The notes beneath the pieces are model-generated. The model saw only the letters and a program-made list of their open reading frames with translations. It did not search any database and was not told the DNA's origin. The translations under genes and the position numbers were made by a program. A stretch of 64,000 bases of DNA from Podarcis filfolensis (lineage: Eukaryota). The DNA lies in assembly GCA_964270895.1 (NCBI GenBank), contig OZ185440.1. The stretch is one strand, 5' to 3'. Every line of letters begins with the position of its first letter. Positions within the stretch are counted from its first letter, which is position 1. This document shows, piece after piece, positions 47,647 through 59,486 of this stretch.

Positions 47647-50600
47647 TATATCAACCAGCCTGAGCCCTGAGATTGGGTGGGCAGAGAGGGGGCTGCTTCT
47701 GGTCTCATCAGCTAAGGTAGCCTGTTGTGTGGGAACCAGGAGCAGGGCTTTCTTTGTGGTGGTGCCCCAGCTGAGCAACTCACTCCTCTTGGAGGTGTGG
47801 ATGGCCATGGCATTGATGGGCTTCTGGTGCATGGGGAAAACTCACTCATTTTCCCCATGCTTTGCAGGCCACGCTTAGTTTATTATAATTTTTCAGTTTC
47901 TAGTCTTTTTTTACTGATTGCTATTGCTTCACTGATGGTTTTGAATTGTATCCGCCCCCCAAAACCTTATTGATCCATTTGTTTTGATGTAAAAGACACT
48001 GAGGTAGTCCTTGACAAAAAAGGTGATATATAAGAACACCAAATAAATAACTCAATAAATTGGATGCTGCCAGCTGATTTTTTTTTCTAAATGATGGTAC
48101 ATGCCCTCAGTGTTGTATCATTTGAACAGTAAGAAGACACTCCACAACCCAAAATCAGTTGGGCCCAGTATTTTGGAATCTCCATCACACATGCCTAAGA
48201 AGCTTATGGAATGCCCATAGGACTAAAATTAACTTACATAACAGATTAAGAGACAAGCAAATAGGAAAAGCAAGTCCTACCCTTAATCTATCCAGAAGGA
48301 TTCCTCAGCAGGAATGCTACATTTGTTGAGCAAGACTTAGAAAACAAAAACCAGAGTTAGGAGAGGAATCTTTACTATTTAGTTATCAGCTCCTGCCATG
48401 GTCAGCTAGAGAGTAAATGTTGAAGGAAATTGAAAGAACTTGAGATGCATCTTCATGGACTCTGATAAAATACTTGAATCCTTTAGATCCTCCTGGATGG
48501 ATGCATTACACTTTGGCAATGCTATAATTAATCCCTTTCCCCATATTATGAGGAGATTTGTGTTTCTTTAGAAACAGCGCATAGAAACTGAACGCCATAA
48601 AATGGCACCAGGGTTTAACTTTTGTCTTGATGTTTTAAAACTGGGAGGCTATTAGTTTTCAAAATAAGAATAATATCCACCGTGTCTCATTATGGGAGAT
48701 GTTTAATGCAGGCTCTTCTTGACTGATTCAGAAATGTAAGCAGATTGTTCATAGCAATGTCTTCAGAATGGAGCTCATCTTGAGAGGGAAGGGTTCTAAT
48801 TAAGATCCAGCAAACAATCTACTCTGTAACTTGCAATTAAGGAAATAATTGATTTACTGTAATGATTAATCATGTAATGCTTTCAGCTTCAACATTTCTG
48901 AACTTCAAAAAACAACACAGCTAATGTCAACCAACTCAAATCGGTTCCTTCAGTGATTAATGGGAGCAGACAGCCTAAGCACTAGTATTACACAAGTGCT
49001 CAGAGAAGCGTGGCTGTGAATTTCAAGAGTGCATTTGAGCAGAGGATGTGTCTCAGGTTGCTGTAGGCATCTAAAGCCAGACTCTTCATTAGCAGAAAAA
49101 TCATTCTTTGCTGAAAAGAAGAAGCCCTGAAGAATATTTAGAGGCTGAGCCAGGACACCAAGACAGTCTAGCTCTGCCAAAAAATCCTCATTCTCCGTTT
49201 GCCCATTTCAGTCCAAAGGAACAGTCCAAGACATGTTGCCATGGCATCAAATAGTAAACCGTATCCAGTGTGCTGCTTCCAGTTCAACACACTGTATTTC
49301 AGAATGGGGGGAGAGATTTGCAAGCTACCGGGGGCGGGGGTAGCGAGAAAAGGACAAAGTGTGCTACATTTCATGGTATGAGTGGCTTTAGGCTGCAAAT
49401 GCAGCAGAGAGTCCCATGGTACCACTTCACTATGGCACGAGCTTTCATATGCAAGAGCCTTAGCTTAGCAGATGCGGGAACACGACCAGCCTTCTGAAGT
49501 CTGTCTTGCAATGCATATTTGGCTCCATAATATTTCTGAGAGCCAGACAAGACAGGAAACATAGACTTCGCCTCTCAAACCGTTGGCTTTGGTACCATCA
49601 TTTAGCTGCAGTACAGGATTAAGCAAAATGTGGCAGCGTATCCCAGTCGTTGCCCTACTGTGCAGCCCTTCTGTTCAGCAGTGGCAGAGCATATGCCCAT
49701 GCTGCCCAGGGTGGATGTGCTTCTGAGGGGGGTGGGGCATGGGGCGCGCTCCTGAGGGAGCGGGGGGCATGGAGGGTGCCCTCCCAGGCATGGGATAGCT
49801 GCTCTGGTGCATGGAGCGGCGTGTGCGTCCTGCAGCCGGGGGTGGAGCGAGCCACCCACAGGGGCCGAGCAAGCCGCCGATGGCGGACATTAGGTGTGCC
49901 ACCTGCCTACAACTGCCAAATGTCACCCCTCTCAGCAAAGATGCCCAGGGCAGTCCGCCCTCACTGTACCCCCCTTCCTCCTCCCCTGCTGTTCAGGACT
50001 CCAGGTAAACCTGGAACCAGAAGCTCTGAAGTGCCATTTTGGGTCTGAAGAAAAGAGGGGAGGTTTTAAGAGATATTAGCTACCCTGACCCACCTGCAGC
50101 CTTCCTCTGATTTGCTACATAAAGCTAGTAGTCCAGTGAACCATTGGGGATGGGGGTGAGGGCTGGAAAGCAGGTAGGAGGAGGGATGAAGCTGAGAACC
50201 CTTGACAAGGAGGATGGATGGATGGAGAGGTGCAGATATAAAAAGGGTACAGCAAACCATCTTACGAGCTTAGTTGCATTTTCATTACCCTCTGCAAGCA
50301 GCAACTTTTAAGAACATGAAAAAAGAGGGCAACACAGAAGTTGCTCTGTGGTTCAGCAAATTTGCAAACTTGTTTCTTATTTTTGTTATTTAAGCTTTCT
50401 TAGTTAAGCTTCTCAAAAACAAAACAAAAAAGCCTTTTTATGAGTGTCAAATGATTAGTTTCCCTGTTCATTTCCAACACCATCTACTATGGTACATATC
50501 CGTCACCTGAACTACTGGAAAATACGTATCAGTAAGCAAAGTGGAAACACCATGATATTTTTAAGATCTTGACGCAGAAGCTGGTACTTGAATTGGATGA

Positions 50601-53600
50601 ATTCTACAGCTCTACTGTCAGATTCACTGAGAACCAATCACAATCTTGTTCATTCTGAGTGCTGCTTTGGGTGAGCGAAAACTGTAATGACACACAGCCA
50701 TGTTTTTTGTTCAGTAGGACTAGATAAGTTCTGCAGAGCACTTTCTACACTTGAAGTGCTATAAGAATCATAACCATGATTAGTACATTTGTTTATTGCA
50801 TTCCTGGTACTGTATTTTATGATTATTGTTTCTGATCTATGCTGTTGGATATGTTAGTAGAAGAGCAGGATATAATGAATTACTGCTCTGCAATTGTTAA
50901 TATATAAATAATCTGCAAATTTCAGAATGCATTAAGTATCATATTCTCCAATTTATTTATTTATGTATTATTATTGACAGAATTAGAAGGCTGCGTCCAA
51001 CTCTGTGTTACAGACACTGATCTCATTGGTAAAGGTCTCTCAGCGGATGTGACTTAGTAGCAAAAAAAATGAGCAGCAATATAAACAGGGCGGGAGAGGG
51101 AATCCAGTCAATTCTGCATGCCTTTTTTGAAGATAACATGGTGTTTTAAAACACTATGCAATCCTGGACATGATTTAAGATTCCTGCAGCATCTTCTCTG
51201 TGGCTGTGTTGTTAAATCGTCAAATCTTATTAACTCATCTGAGCTGACACTCGGAGCCTGAGCCAAGTCACGACAATACTGTGCTGTGTTCAAAGGGTTT
51301 GCTGTGTTTTGCTACCAATCTCTGTTTCTAGGATATATTCTAGGAACAGTAAATGCAACATTTAATACCGCTTCCAGTGGGTGTCACTGCCACCTGCATC
51401 TAGCAGGAAATAAGGCAATTGCCTGCTAGAGAATGAAAAATTGGTATCAACAGAATCAGGGCCAGATATGGTCGATTGCAAGGCTGAGCAAATGTTATCT
51501 CCTCCCCCTCCGCAACCCCCCCCTCACTGTATGTATTTATACAAGGGAAATACAACTTTGTATTTGCTTATAGTGATGGCTACCATATTGGGGTTGGCAA
51601 GCAATGAGAGCAGGGGCATAGCCCTGTGTGTGTGTGTGTAATTGTAATGTAAGAGAGGCTTCTGAAAATGCAATCAATAGTCTGTTCCTCCCCTCACCTA
51701 TGCTCACTGGGCAGCAACAAAAAAGGCTAGGCTTGCAAACAAGCAACGTTTAATTAAAAGTGCAGGAACCTTTAAAAGCCTCAAAAGAGCTTTACAATCT
51801 GGCTGTGCAATTGTGTTTTATTACAGCAACAAAATTCTCACAACTCAGGTCTGCAAAAATGTAGGAGGGCAACAGAGAAGTGGCAATCAGGATGTTCTGC
51901 AAAGAAAAGTAAACAAAGGATGGCCATTCTAGTGAAAAGAACAATCCTAGCTGGTCAGTGTTTGAGTCTGGGGTGGAATTAATCTACCTCTCTCTCCAAG
52001 GCACCCCACACTTCCTGGCAGGCTTTCTTGTGTGCCTTTAGCAGCTGTGGAACAAACCAGACCAAAATTTAGCAGGCAAACTTTTCCTCACCTGCAGATG
52101 CAGAGATTGGGAAAGCTGCTGCTAAATTTTCCTTATCAGCCTACCATCTTTCAGATTGTTTCATGGTTCTGTTGAAAGGCATGCAAGTGACAAAAACTCG
52201 TGTCACAATTACTTTTTGAAGTCTTCAAGATGCCCCTGCAGGATTTGTGATTGTTTTCATCACAGTACACTGCATCGTTTAGATTTCTGTAACTTTAAAA
52301 TGGTCAGTTACCTCAAGTGAAGCTGAGCTAGCAAAACAAAAGTTTGGAATACTAAAAAGGAGGGGGGGAGTGTTTTAAGTCAAGGCAGATTTAAAACAAA
52401 ACAGGTGCCGAGCTTCAGAAAGGGCTGGTGGACTGGAAAGAAGGTCTAGAGATTTAAGGCTTTCAACACCTTTAGCAACTGGATTTGTTACTTCATGGGT
52501 AGAGGGGCCCTGCATTTTACTCTGACAATGTTGACTATGTGTTGTACCTTTTATGGGCTTTAAAAGCAGGAAGTATCGCTTCAGCTTGAACGTAAGAATG
52601 GTATCACAACCGTCTCAGCATGTATTATTGGAAATGAGAGCTGTAACACACACTATAGGTGCTACAGGTGCCTCCAAAAATGGTCCTGCATAGCATGTGA
52701 TTCCTATTCTAGCTGCTCTATTGTCTTCTGAAGTTTATGAAGGAACCCACTACAAGCTGAATTAATGGTAACTCAAACTTTATTCGTGATGAAACATGGG
52801 AGCCTGCACAGAGTAGTTACTCCTCTAGCCAGATCTCCAAAAGCTGGCTTCCTCGGGCGGAGCTGTTTCTCTTGAAGGGGCCACATTGTCAGACATTTAG
52901 TTAACAATACATAAATTACAGTTGCACAATGGAGAAATAGATTGGAACCACATGGGAAAGTTTGTGTGTTTTGCCTGGGTGCTGGTGCGAGCAGTTCCAG
53001 GTTCTTATGACCTAGAGTGGGCTCCCTACCCTTCCCACATTGAAAGCATACATTTCCCTCATTCTTTGCAATTTTTAACACACCCTCTGCACCAGTTTCC
53101 TAAGCATGTGGAAGCCCCAAGGAGGTTTGTGCCAGAGTTTGTGCCAGAATGAAAGGAAAACAAGCAGCTGGCTTCTGCAGAGGGAATGAACAACCTCTTA
53201 ATGGCCATGGTGCCCTGTGCTTAGGCAGAATTTACCTCCCACAGCAAGAGGAGTGGGCCAGAAGGATTAGAGAATGTGTTGCATCACAGTTCATTGGGCT
53301 TTTCAAACATCCAAGGTCTCCATGCCTTGTAAACTGCTGAGCTATTAGCACCAGCCTTGGCTGTTGGCAGAGATGTGGAGGTCCACATGCGCATCTTCAT
53401 GTTACGGCTTGGAACACTCACCACAGGAAGGCCATTCTCACTGGTATCCCCATAGCAACCATAGTAGGTGCTGCTTTGATCCTAAGCTCCCTTGATTTCA
53501 AAATAACTGAACCTCCAGTTAAGTGTTCTCATACTCATAGTGTCAGGGCAGGCTGTGGTGCTTACTAACAGGTGTAGCGATTGCTGTGTCAAACATTTTC

Positions 53601-54235
53601 TGTTATAATGAGGCCCACGTGTGACAGATCAGATGAGTGAGCAAAGACACACGAGCTGTGCATTAGGTTGCCTCCATTAGGCAATTTTCCTTGACTGAGA
53701 ACTGCTTAAAAAAAAAAAATCCTTGAAAATGTGTTAATACTTGCTCTGGCCTTGATTGGGCTTAATATAACAACCAGCTCACACTGATGTTACATCTGCT
53801 GAGAAATCTGATGAACTTCACACTTTCCTCCCTTTCATTGAGTTACTAAGATTAGCTTGAAAATACTTTGCTGTTAGACGTGAAACAACCACGGTGCCAG
53901 GTAGTTTGTGTGGGTAATGCTAGGAGACATTCCATCCTGCAGGACTGAAACCTTCAAGTCCTCATTGGCTGGGATTTAAACATCTGCAGTTACTGCTGTT
54001 TTCTGATATTTTCTGTATAGCTTGCCTTTGGTTCCCTCCAGATTTTGTTGGACTCCAACTCCCAACAGTCTCAGCTGTATAGCCAATGGCCAGGAATGAT
54101 GGGAGTTGTGGTCCAAGAACATACGGAGGGCCACCAGTTCCCCATCTCTGTACCACCTCAACTACTCCTGAGTCAGAGTACAAGCTGTTCCTAATGGCTA
54201 TGCAGCATTTAGCCATTTCTGTAGATAGTATAGAT

Positions 54236-54371
54236 CAGGCACCCCCAACCTTTGGCCCTCCAGATGTTTTGGACTACAATTCCCACCATCCCTGACCATT
54301 GGTCCTGTTAGCTAAGGATCATGGGAGTTGTAGGCCAAAACATCTGGAGGGCCGTAGGCTGGGGATGCCTG
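54236..54371. mobile_element. hAT-type palindromic MITE (136 bp)
   Basis: caggcacccccaacc / ggctggggatgcctg ends; TSD gtatagat / gtttagat; an older relative lies at about 54020-54150. Confidence 0.85.
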
Positions 54372-54790
54372 GTTTAGATAGCTTGTCCATCCTTAAAAAC
54401 ACACACATATACCCCAGAGATTTAGCTCCCTCTCTAGACAGCCCGTTTTATTGCTAAACTGCTCTTGGAGCTAAGAAGTCCTTCTTAATGTAAAGCCTGA
54501 AGCTAATGTTTTCATAAACCCTGATGAGGGTATCATTGATGTAAGTTCTCTAAATTTGCTTCAGCAACATTTACACTAGTCTAAATATATTGAGGATACC
54601 AATCACAGATCTGGATTATTGGTACTCTTTGTCTTTCTGTCACCATTAAAGCACCAATCCTGTGCTTTCCACAAAAAGCCCAGTATGCTTCCATTGCAAC
54701 TCTTTCCTTTCGCAGTTGTATTCCAGCTACCTACATTTAGCACATACAGTAAAATTATAGCATAATTATAGCACAGCTCAAGTCTGCCTA

Positions 54791-55036
<246 letters not shown>

Positions 55037-55204
55037 TCAACCTTGATTTCTTTTGTGTGAGTGATAACCATGATTTGTCTTCAGTTTTTGTTGCTTTAGA
55101 AGAGATATACTTTTCATCATACTGTACTTGTTGACAGTTTTATTATTTCCTACATTTTTTTTAAAAAAATACATGTGTCTTACTAGTTTTATTTTCTGAA
55201 AGAA

Positions 55205-55300
55205 GGGATGTGGGTGGCGCTGTGGTCTAAACCACTGAGCCTCTTGGGCTTGCCGATCATAAGGTCGATGGTTTGAATCTCCATGATTTTTTTTACCTTA
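55205..55300 (+). mobile_element. Internally deleted (mini) Sauria SINE, 96 bp
   Basis: Head gggatgtgggtggcgctgtggtctaaacc...gtttgaatctcc joined directly to a tttacctta tail; candidate TSD tttctgaaa (55193-55201, 55302-55310). Confidence 0.75.
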
Positions 55301-55499
55301 CTTTCTGAAAAGGAAAAGCTTTGTTATTCATTTTTTAAAAACTGTTTTCTATTCATGGAAGAGGAACATGACTGAAGCAAGGAACCAGGATTTCGAATGA
55401 AACATAAGACTGTGTGTTCTTCCAAAATTCCAGAGGCCAGATGTTGGGAAGAGCTGGGTTTGTTTTCTGAAAACTATAGAATCCTGGATCAGCCTTGAG

Positions 55500-55827
55500 T
55501 CTCAGTTGTGCTGTGTATTTAAAGCGGTACCATGCCACTTTAAACAGTCACAGTGAAAGTTCCCAAAGAATCTTGGGACCTGTAGTGTGGTAATGGTGCC
55601 AAGAGTTGTTAGGAGACCAGTGATTACCTCACAGAGCTACAATTCCCAAAGTTCACTTGGGAAGATGGATTGACTGTTAAACCACTGACAGAATTGTAGC
55701 TCTGTGAGGGGAAGTTGGATCTCTTAATAACTTTCAGCACCCTTAGCAGACCACAGTCCTCAGGATTCTTTGGGAGAAGCCATGGCTGTTTACAGTGGTA
55801 CGATAAATTTATAGTGCAGATGCAGCC
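55500..55827. mobile_element. Fold-back DNA-transposon-like MITE; boundaries approximate
   Basis: Nested inverted segments: tttaaacagtc/ggctgttta, cccaaagaatc/ggattctttggg, cacagagctacaatt/aattgtagctctgtg. Confidence 0.55.
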
Positions 55828-55859
55828 TTAGACTCATTGGATGACCTGGGTCAATTATA

Positions 55860-56337
55860 TAATATAATAATAATAATAAATAAATAAATAAATAAATAAA
55901 AATAGTTTTTATTTATACCCCGCCCATCTGGCTGGGCTTCCCCAGCCACTCTGGGCAGCTTCCAAAAAAAATATTCAAATACTGTAATACATCAAACATT
56001 AAAAGCTTCCCTAAACAGGGCTGCCTTCAGATGTCTTCTAAAAGTCAGGTAGTTGTTGTTCTCTTTGACATCTGGTGGGAGGGCATTCCACAGGGAGGGC
56101 GCCACTACCGAGAAGGCCCTTTGCCTGATTCCCTGTAACTTGGCTCCTCGCAGTGAGGGAACCGCCAGAAGGCCCTCGGTGCTGGACCTCAGTGTCCGGG
56201 TAGAATGATGGGGGTGGAGACGCTCCTTCAGATATACTGGACCGAGGCCATTTAGGGCTTTAAAGGTCAGCACCAACACTTTGAATTGTGCTCGGAAACG
56301 TACTGGGAGCCAATGTAGGTCTTTCAAGACCGGTGTT
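55860..56337 (-). mobile_element. L2-type LINE 3' end (young-looking), 5'-truncated
   Basis: Open minus ORF 55992-56327 LHWLPVRFRAQFKVLVLTFKALNG...LWNALP...FRRHLKAALF; 3' UTR and (TA/TAAA)n tail. Confidence 0.9.
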
Positions 56338-57330
56338 CAGTATCTCCTAGCTTTATTCTAACGTTAACTTGGAATATTGATGCCCTATCTCAAAAGGTTA
56401 TTAGGAAATAAAAAAATGAAAGCATTTTCTATGTTTATGGTACAGTCTTATGCACACTAACTTTAGTGGCGTTTACTCCCATGGTAATGCACAATGGGTC
56501 GGGCTGTAACGGCACAAACATTAGCATGTGCATTTTATGTATTTTAGGATTTTGACCCATTCTTCACTGTAAGGTCTCAAGGTGGGTTACAACAACAACA
56601 AAACCAATAAAAGAAGTAGAGCAGTTTATGTACAATTATAAAAACAAGTAAAACGATTCCAAGTGAAAGCAGCACAGCATGGATTAAATGAAACAGAAGA
56701 GGAGGGTCACATGAAAATGCCTTAACTATCAAAGACTAGGGTGGAAACAGTTAAAGTGGCACAATCCCATTCCTAGGACCATCAGAAACTCCCAGAGTTA
56801 AGAGCCATCTTGTTTTTGCTTCACACTGCAAAAGATATTAGGGTGGCCCTGTTTACTTTTCTACCCTTCCCTTCTTTAACATCCTATTTGAGGAAGACTT
56901 CTGTGAAACTAGAAAGGTATCTTGGTATTTTGTGCCTTTCAGTTGGTCATAATAAAAGACATGCGATGGCTGCTGTTTAGATTCTTTTCTATATGGACCG
57001 TTGTTGTTGTTGTCATCATAACTGAACCTATTTTTCATATTTTGATTATTCTAAGACACCAATCACTCTTCTTTTCCCATACGTATTAAGCTTCGTTTTC
57101 TCCTGAAACCCATCCAGCAATTTAGTGGGAGAAAAGTTAAACTGTGTTTCATTGTGCTTTCAGTAACTGGCTCTGATGCTTGAAATCTTTTGTGAAACAT
57201 TTTGAATTCAGCAGCACCTTTTGGGCACACAAACTGTGCCAGTGTTACCAAGGTTACAAAGCATCTATCTCTGCTGATTACAGAAAGAAGGCTCTCTCTG
57301 TATGAAGAGAGGTCAGTTTGTGTCCCCCAC

Positions 57331-57693
57331 TGAAATATACTTGGAGTCGAGTGTGGATTTCATGCTCTTTATTAAGTTCATAGTAGTGAGGAATGAAAGT
57401 CCCCCCCAAATATCTGCTTTATATACATTATTTACACAATGGCGCGCATGTGATTGGCTAATTCTGGGATTCTCCTGTAGGCCAATCAGGTTGCAGATTC
57501 ACTTCCATCTGGAGCCGGATTGGGTGGCTCCTGCAGACCAATCATACTGCTGCATTGTTCTAGGACCAATCAGACTGCTGCATTCTGGACCCTATTGTTC
57601 TAGGACCAATCAGACTGCTGCATTCTGAATCCTATTGTTCTAGGACCAATCAGACTGCTGCCTTTTGGATCCTATTCAACTCAGTACGTAACA
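57331..57693 (-). mobile_element. Solo LTR (363 bp) with 40-bp CCAAT-containing tandem repeat
   Basis: Minus strand TGttacg...tatttCA; about 3 copies of a 40-bp unit (57561-57676); TATATAAA at 57418-57425; AATAAA at 57368-57373; C-rich flanks on both sides (possible TSD cccac). Confidence 0.85.
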
Positions 57694-58084
57694 CCCCCCC
57701 CCCACACACATATATGAACACACACATATAATTAACTGGTGTCAGATCTGGGTGCCCTCTCCCCTATAATTGCATATAGAGACGCTTATTTTTGTGGAGC
57801 AGGGAAATGAGCAAGTTATTCACAGAGCAATTGACATAATGAGAAACAGCAAACAAAAGTCATTATTTTAAGAAGCTGCTATAAGACCAATGTTCCATCT
57901 AGCTTAGTACTGCCCATACAAGTCAGCAGCTTTTTATTTAGTAGCAACAACTTATTGGTCAATTTTTACACAAAAAAGGTTTGCCAGTAAGTTACAACAT
58001 TTTAAAGAACATAATCATGGATTTTATGTGTGACAATGATACGATTCATATCAACAGAACAGTTAATTAAACAGTTGGTCTGTG

Positions 58085-58619
58085 AGCATTTAGAAAAGGG
58101 ATGCTGTGGTTATTAAGACCCAGCATGGGTTTCCTCAAAAATAAGCTATGCCAGATGAATCTCTCATATATATATATACAAGCTGGATGGATCAGTGCAA
58201 TGCTGTGGATGTAGTGTATTTTGATTTCATTAAGGCTTTTGACAAAGTCCCCCATGATATTCTTGTGGAGAAGCTGGTAAAATGGGACAAGGTAACCTGT
58301 TAGGTGGATTTGTAGTTGGTTGACTGACCAAACCCAAAGAGTGCTCATTAATGGTTCCTCATCATACAGAAAAAAAGTGGCAAGTGGGGTGCCGCAGGGT
58401 TCTGTCCTGGGCCTGTTGTTCAACATCTTTATAAGTGACTTGGATGAAGGAATTGAGGGGATGCTCATCAAATGTGCACATGACACCAAACTGTGAGGGG
58501 TAGCTAATGCCACAGAACATATAATCAAGGTTCAGTATGACCTTAACAGAATGGAGAACTGAGCCCAAATTAACAAAGTGAAATTAAAAAGGGACAAATG
58601 TAAGGTTCTACACTTAGGG
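58085..58619 (+). mobile_element. CR1 LINE reverse-transcriptase fragment (pseudogenised)
   Basis: Decayed QHGF..., AVDVVYx[28 protein letters not shown] and KCKVLHLG motifs with frameshifts. Confidence 0.88.
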
Positions 58620-58959
58620 TACACAGGCTTCTTGTATGACTTGGCTGACTAGCTTGATCTACTATTTGGGCTTCTTTTCCATTGTGCCTGTTTCCTCCCA
58701 CTCATACAACTAGGTAGCTTTAAATTCTGGGCTTAATTGTCATAGGAGGAACCGCTTATGAATATTACTTCACTTACCTCAAAGTTAATCAACTCAGCCA
58801 TGGTGAATTTGGGTGTTTCCTTTGCTAAGTAGAGCCCTGCCCCCAAAGTCCTGCTCAGAGGGCACCCCTGGATCTGCTGAGGACTGCACAAAGGTTGTCC
58901 TGTATTGGGGTGTGGATAGGCTTGCTGATCTTTTGATACTTTTAGATTACATGTAAGCA

Positions 58960-59311
58960 GGGACGCGGGTGGCGCTGTGGGTTAAACCACAGAGCCTAGG
59001 ACTTGCTGATCAGAAGGTCAGCGGTTCGAATCCCCACAATGGTGTGAGCTCCCGTTGCTCGGTCCCAGCTCCTGCCCACCTAGCAGTTCGAAAGCACGTC
59101 AAAGTGCAAGTAGAAAAATAGGTACCGCTCCGGCGGGAAGGTAAACGGCGTTTCTGCGCGCTGCTCTGGTTCGGCAGAGGCGGCTTAGTCATGCTGGCCA
59201 CATGACCCAGAAGCTGTACGCCGGCTCCTTTGGCCAATAAAGTGAGATGAGCGCCGCAACCCTAAGAGTTGGTCACGACTGGACCTAATGGTCAGGGGTC
59301 CCTTTACCTTT
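58960..59311 (+). mobile_element. Sauria SINE, full length
   Basis: Standard sequence; short TSD taagca(g). Confidence 0.95.
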
Positions 59312-59366
59312 AAGCAGTAGGCAGAGTACAGTTTGTCCAATCCATATTCTGCATGTGAGCATACTG

Positions 59367-59486
59367 CAGCCTTTGCCAACACCTTCCAGATGTTTTGGAG
59401 TACAACTCCCATCAGCCCCAGTCAGTGCTGGTTGGGACTGAGGGAAATTGTAGTCCCAAACATCTGGAGGGGGTTGGCAAAGGTTG
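59367..59486. mobile_element. Older hAT-type palindromic MITE
   Basis: cagcctttgccaac / gttggcaaaggttg ends with inner ccagatgttttgg / aaacatctgg inverted pair; no clear TSD. Confidence 0.7.

Noticed and set aside
49600-50060. GC-rich patch with several overlapping ORFs (similar patch at about 60340-60660)
   Set aside because: Looks like a decayed GC-rich DNA-transposon derivative; no clear TIR/TSD or protein similarity, so not called
57541-57676. Regularly spaced direct repeats superficially like a CRISPR array
   Set aside because: Vertebrate DNA, contiguous tandem units without unique spacers, located inside an LTR; no cas genes
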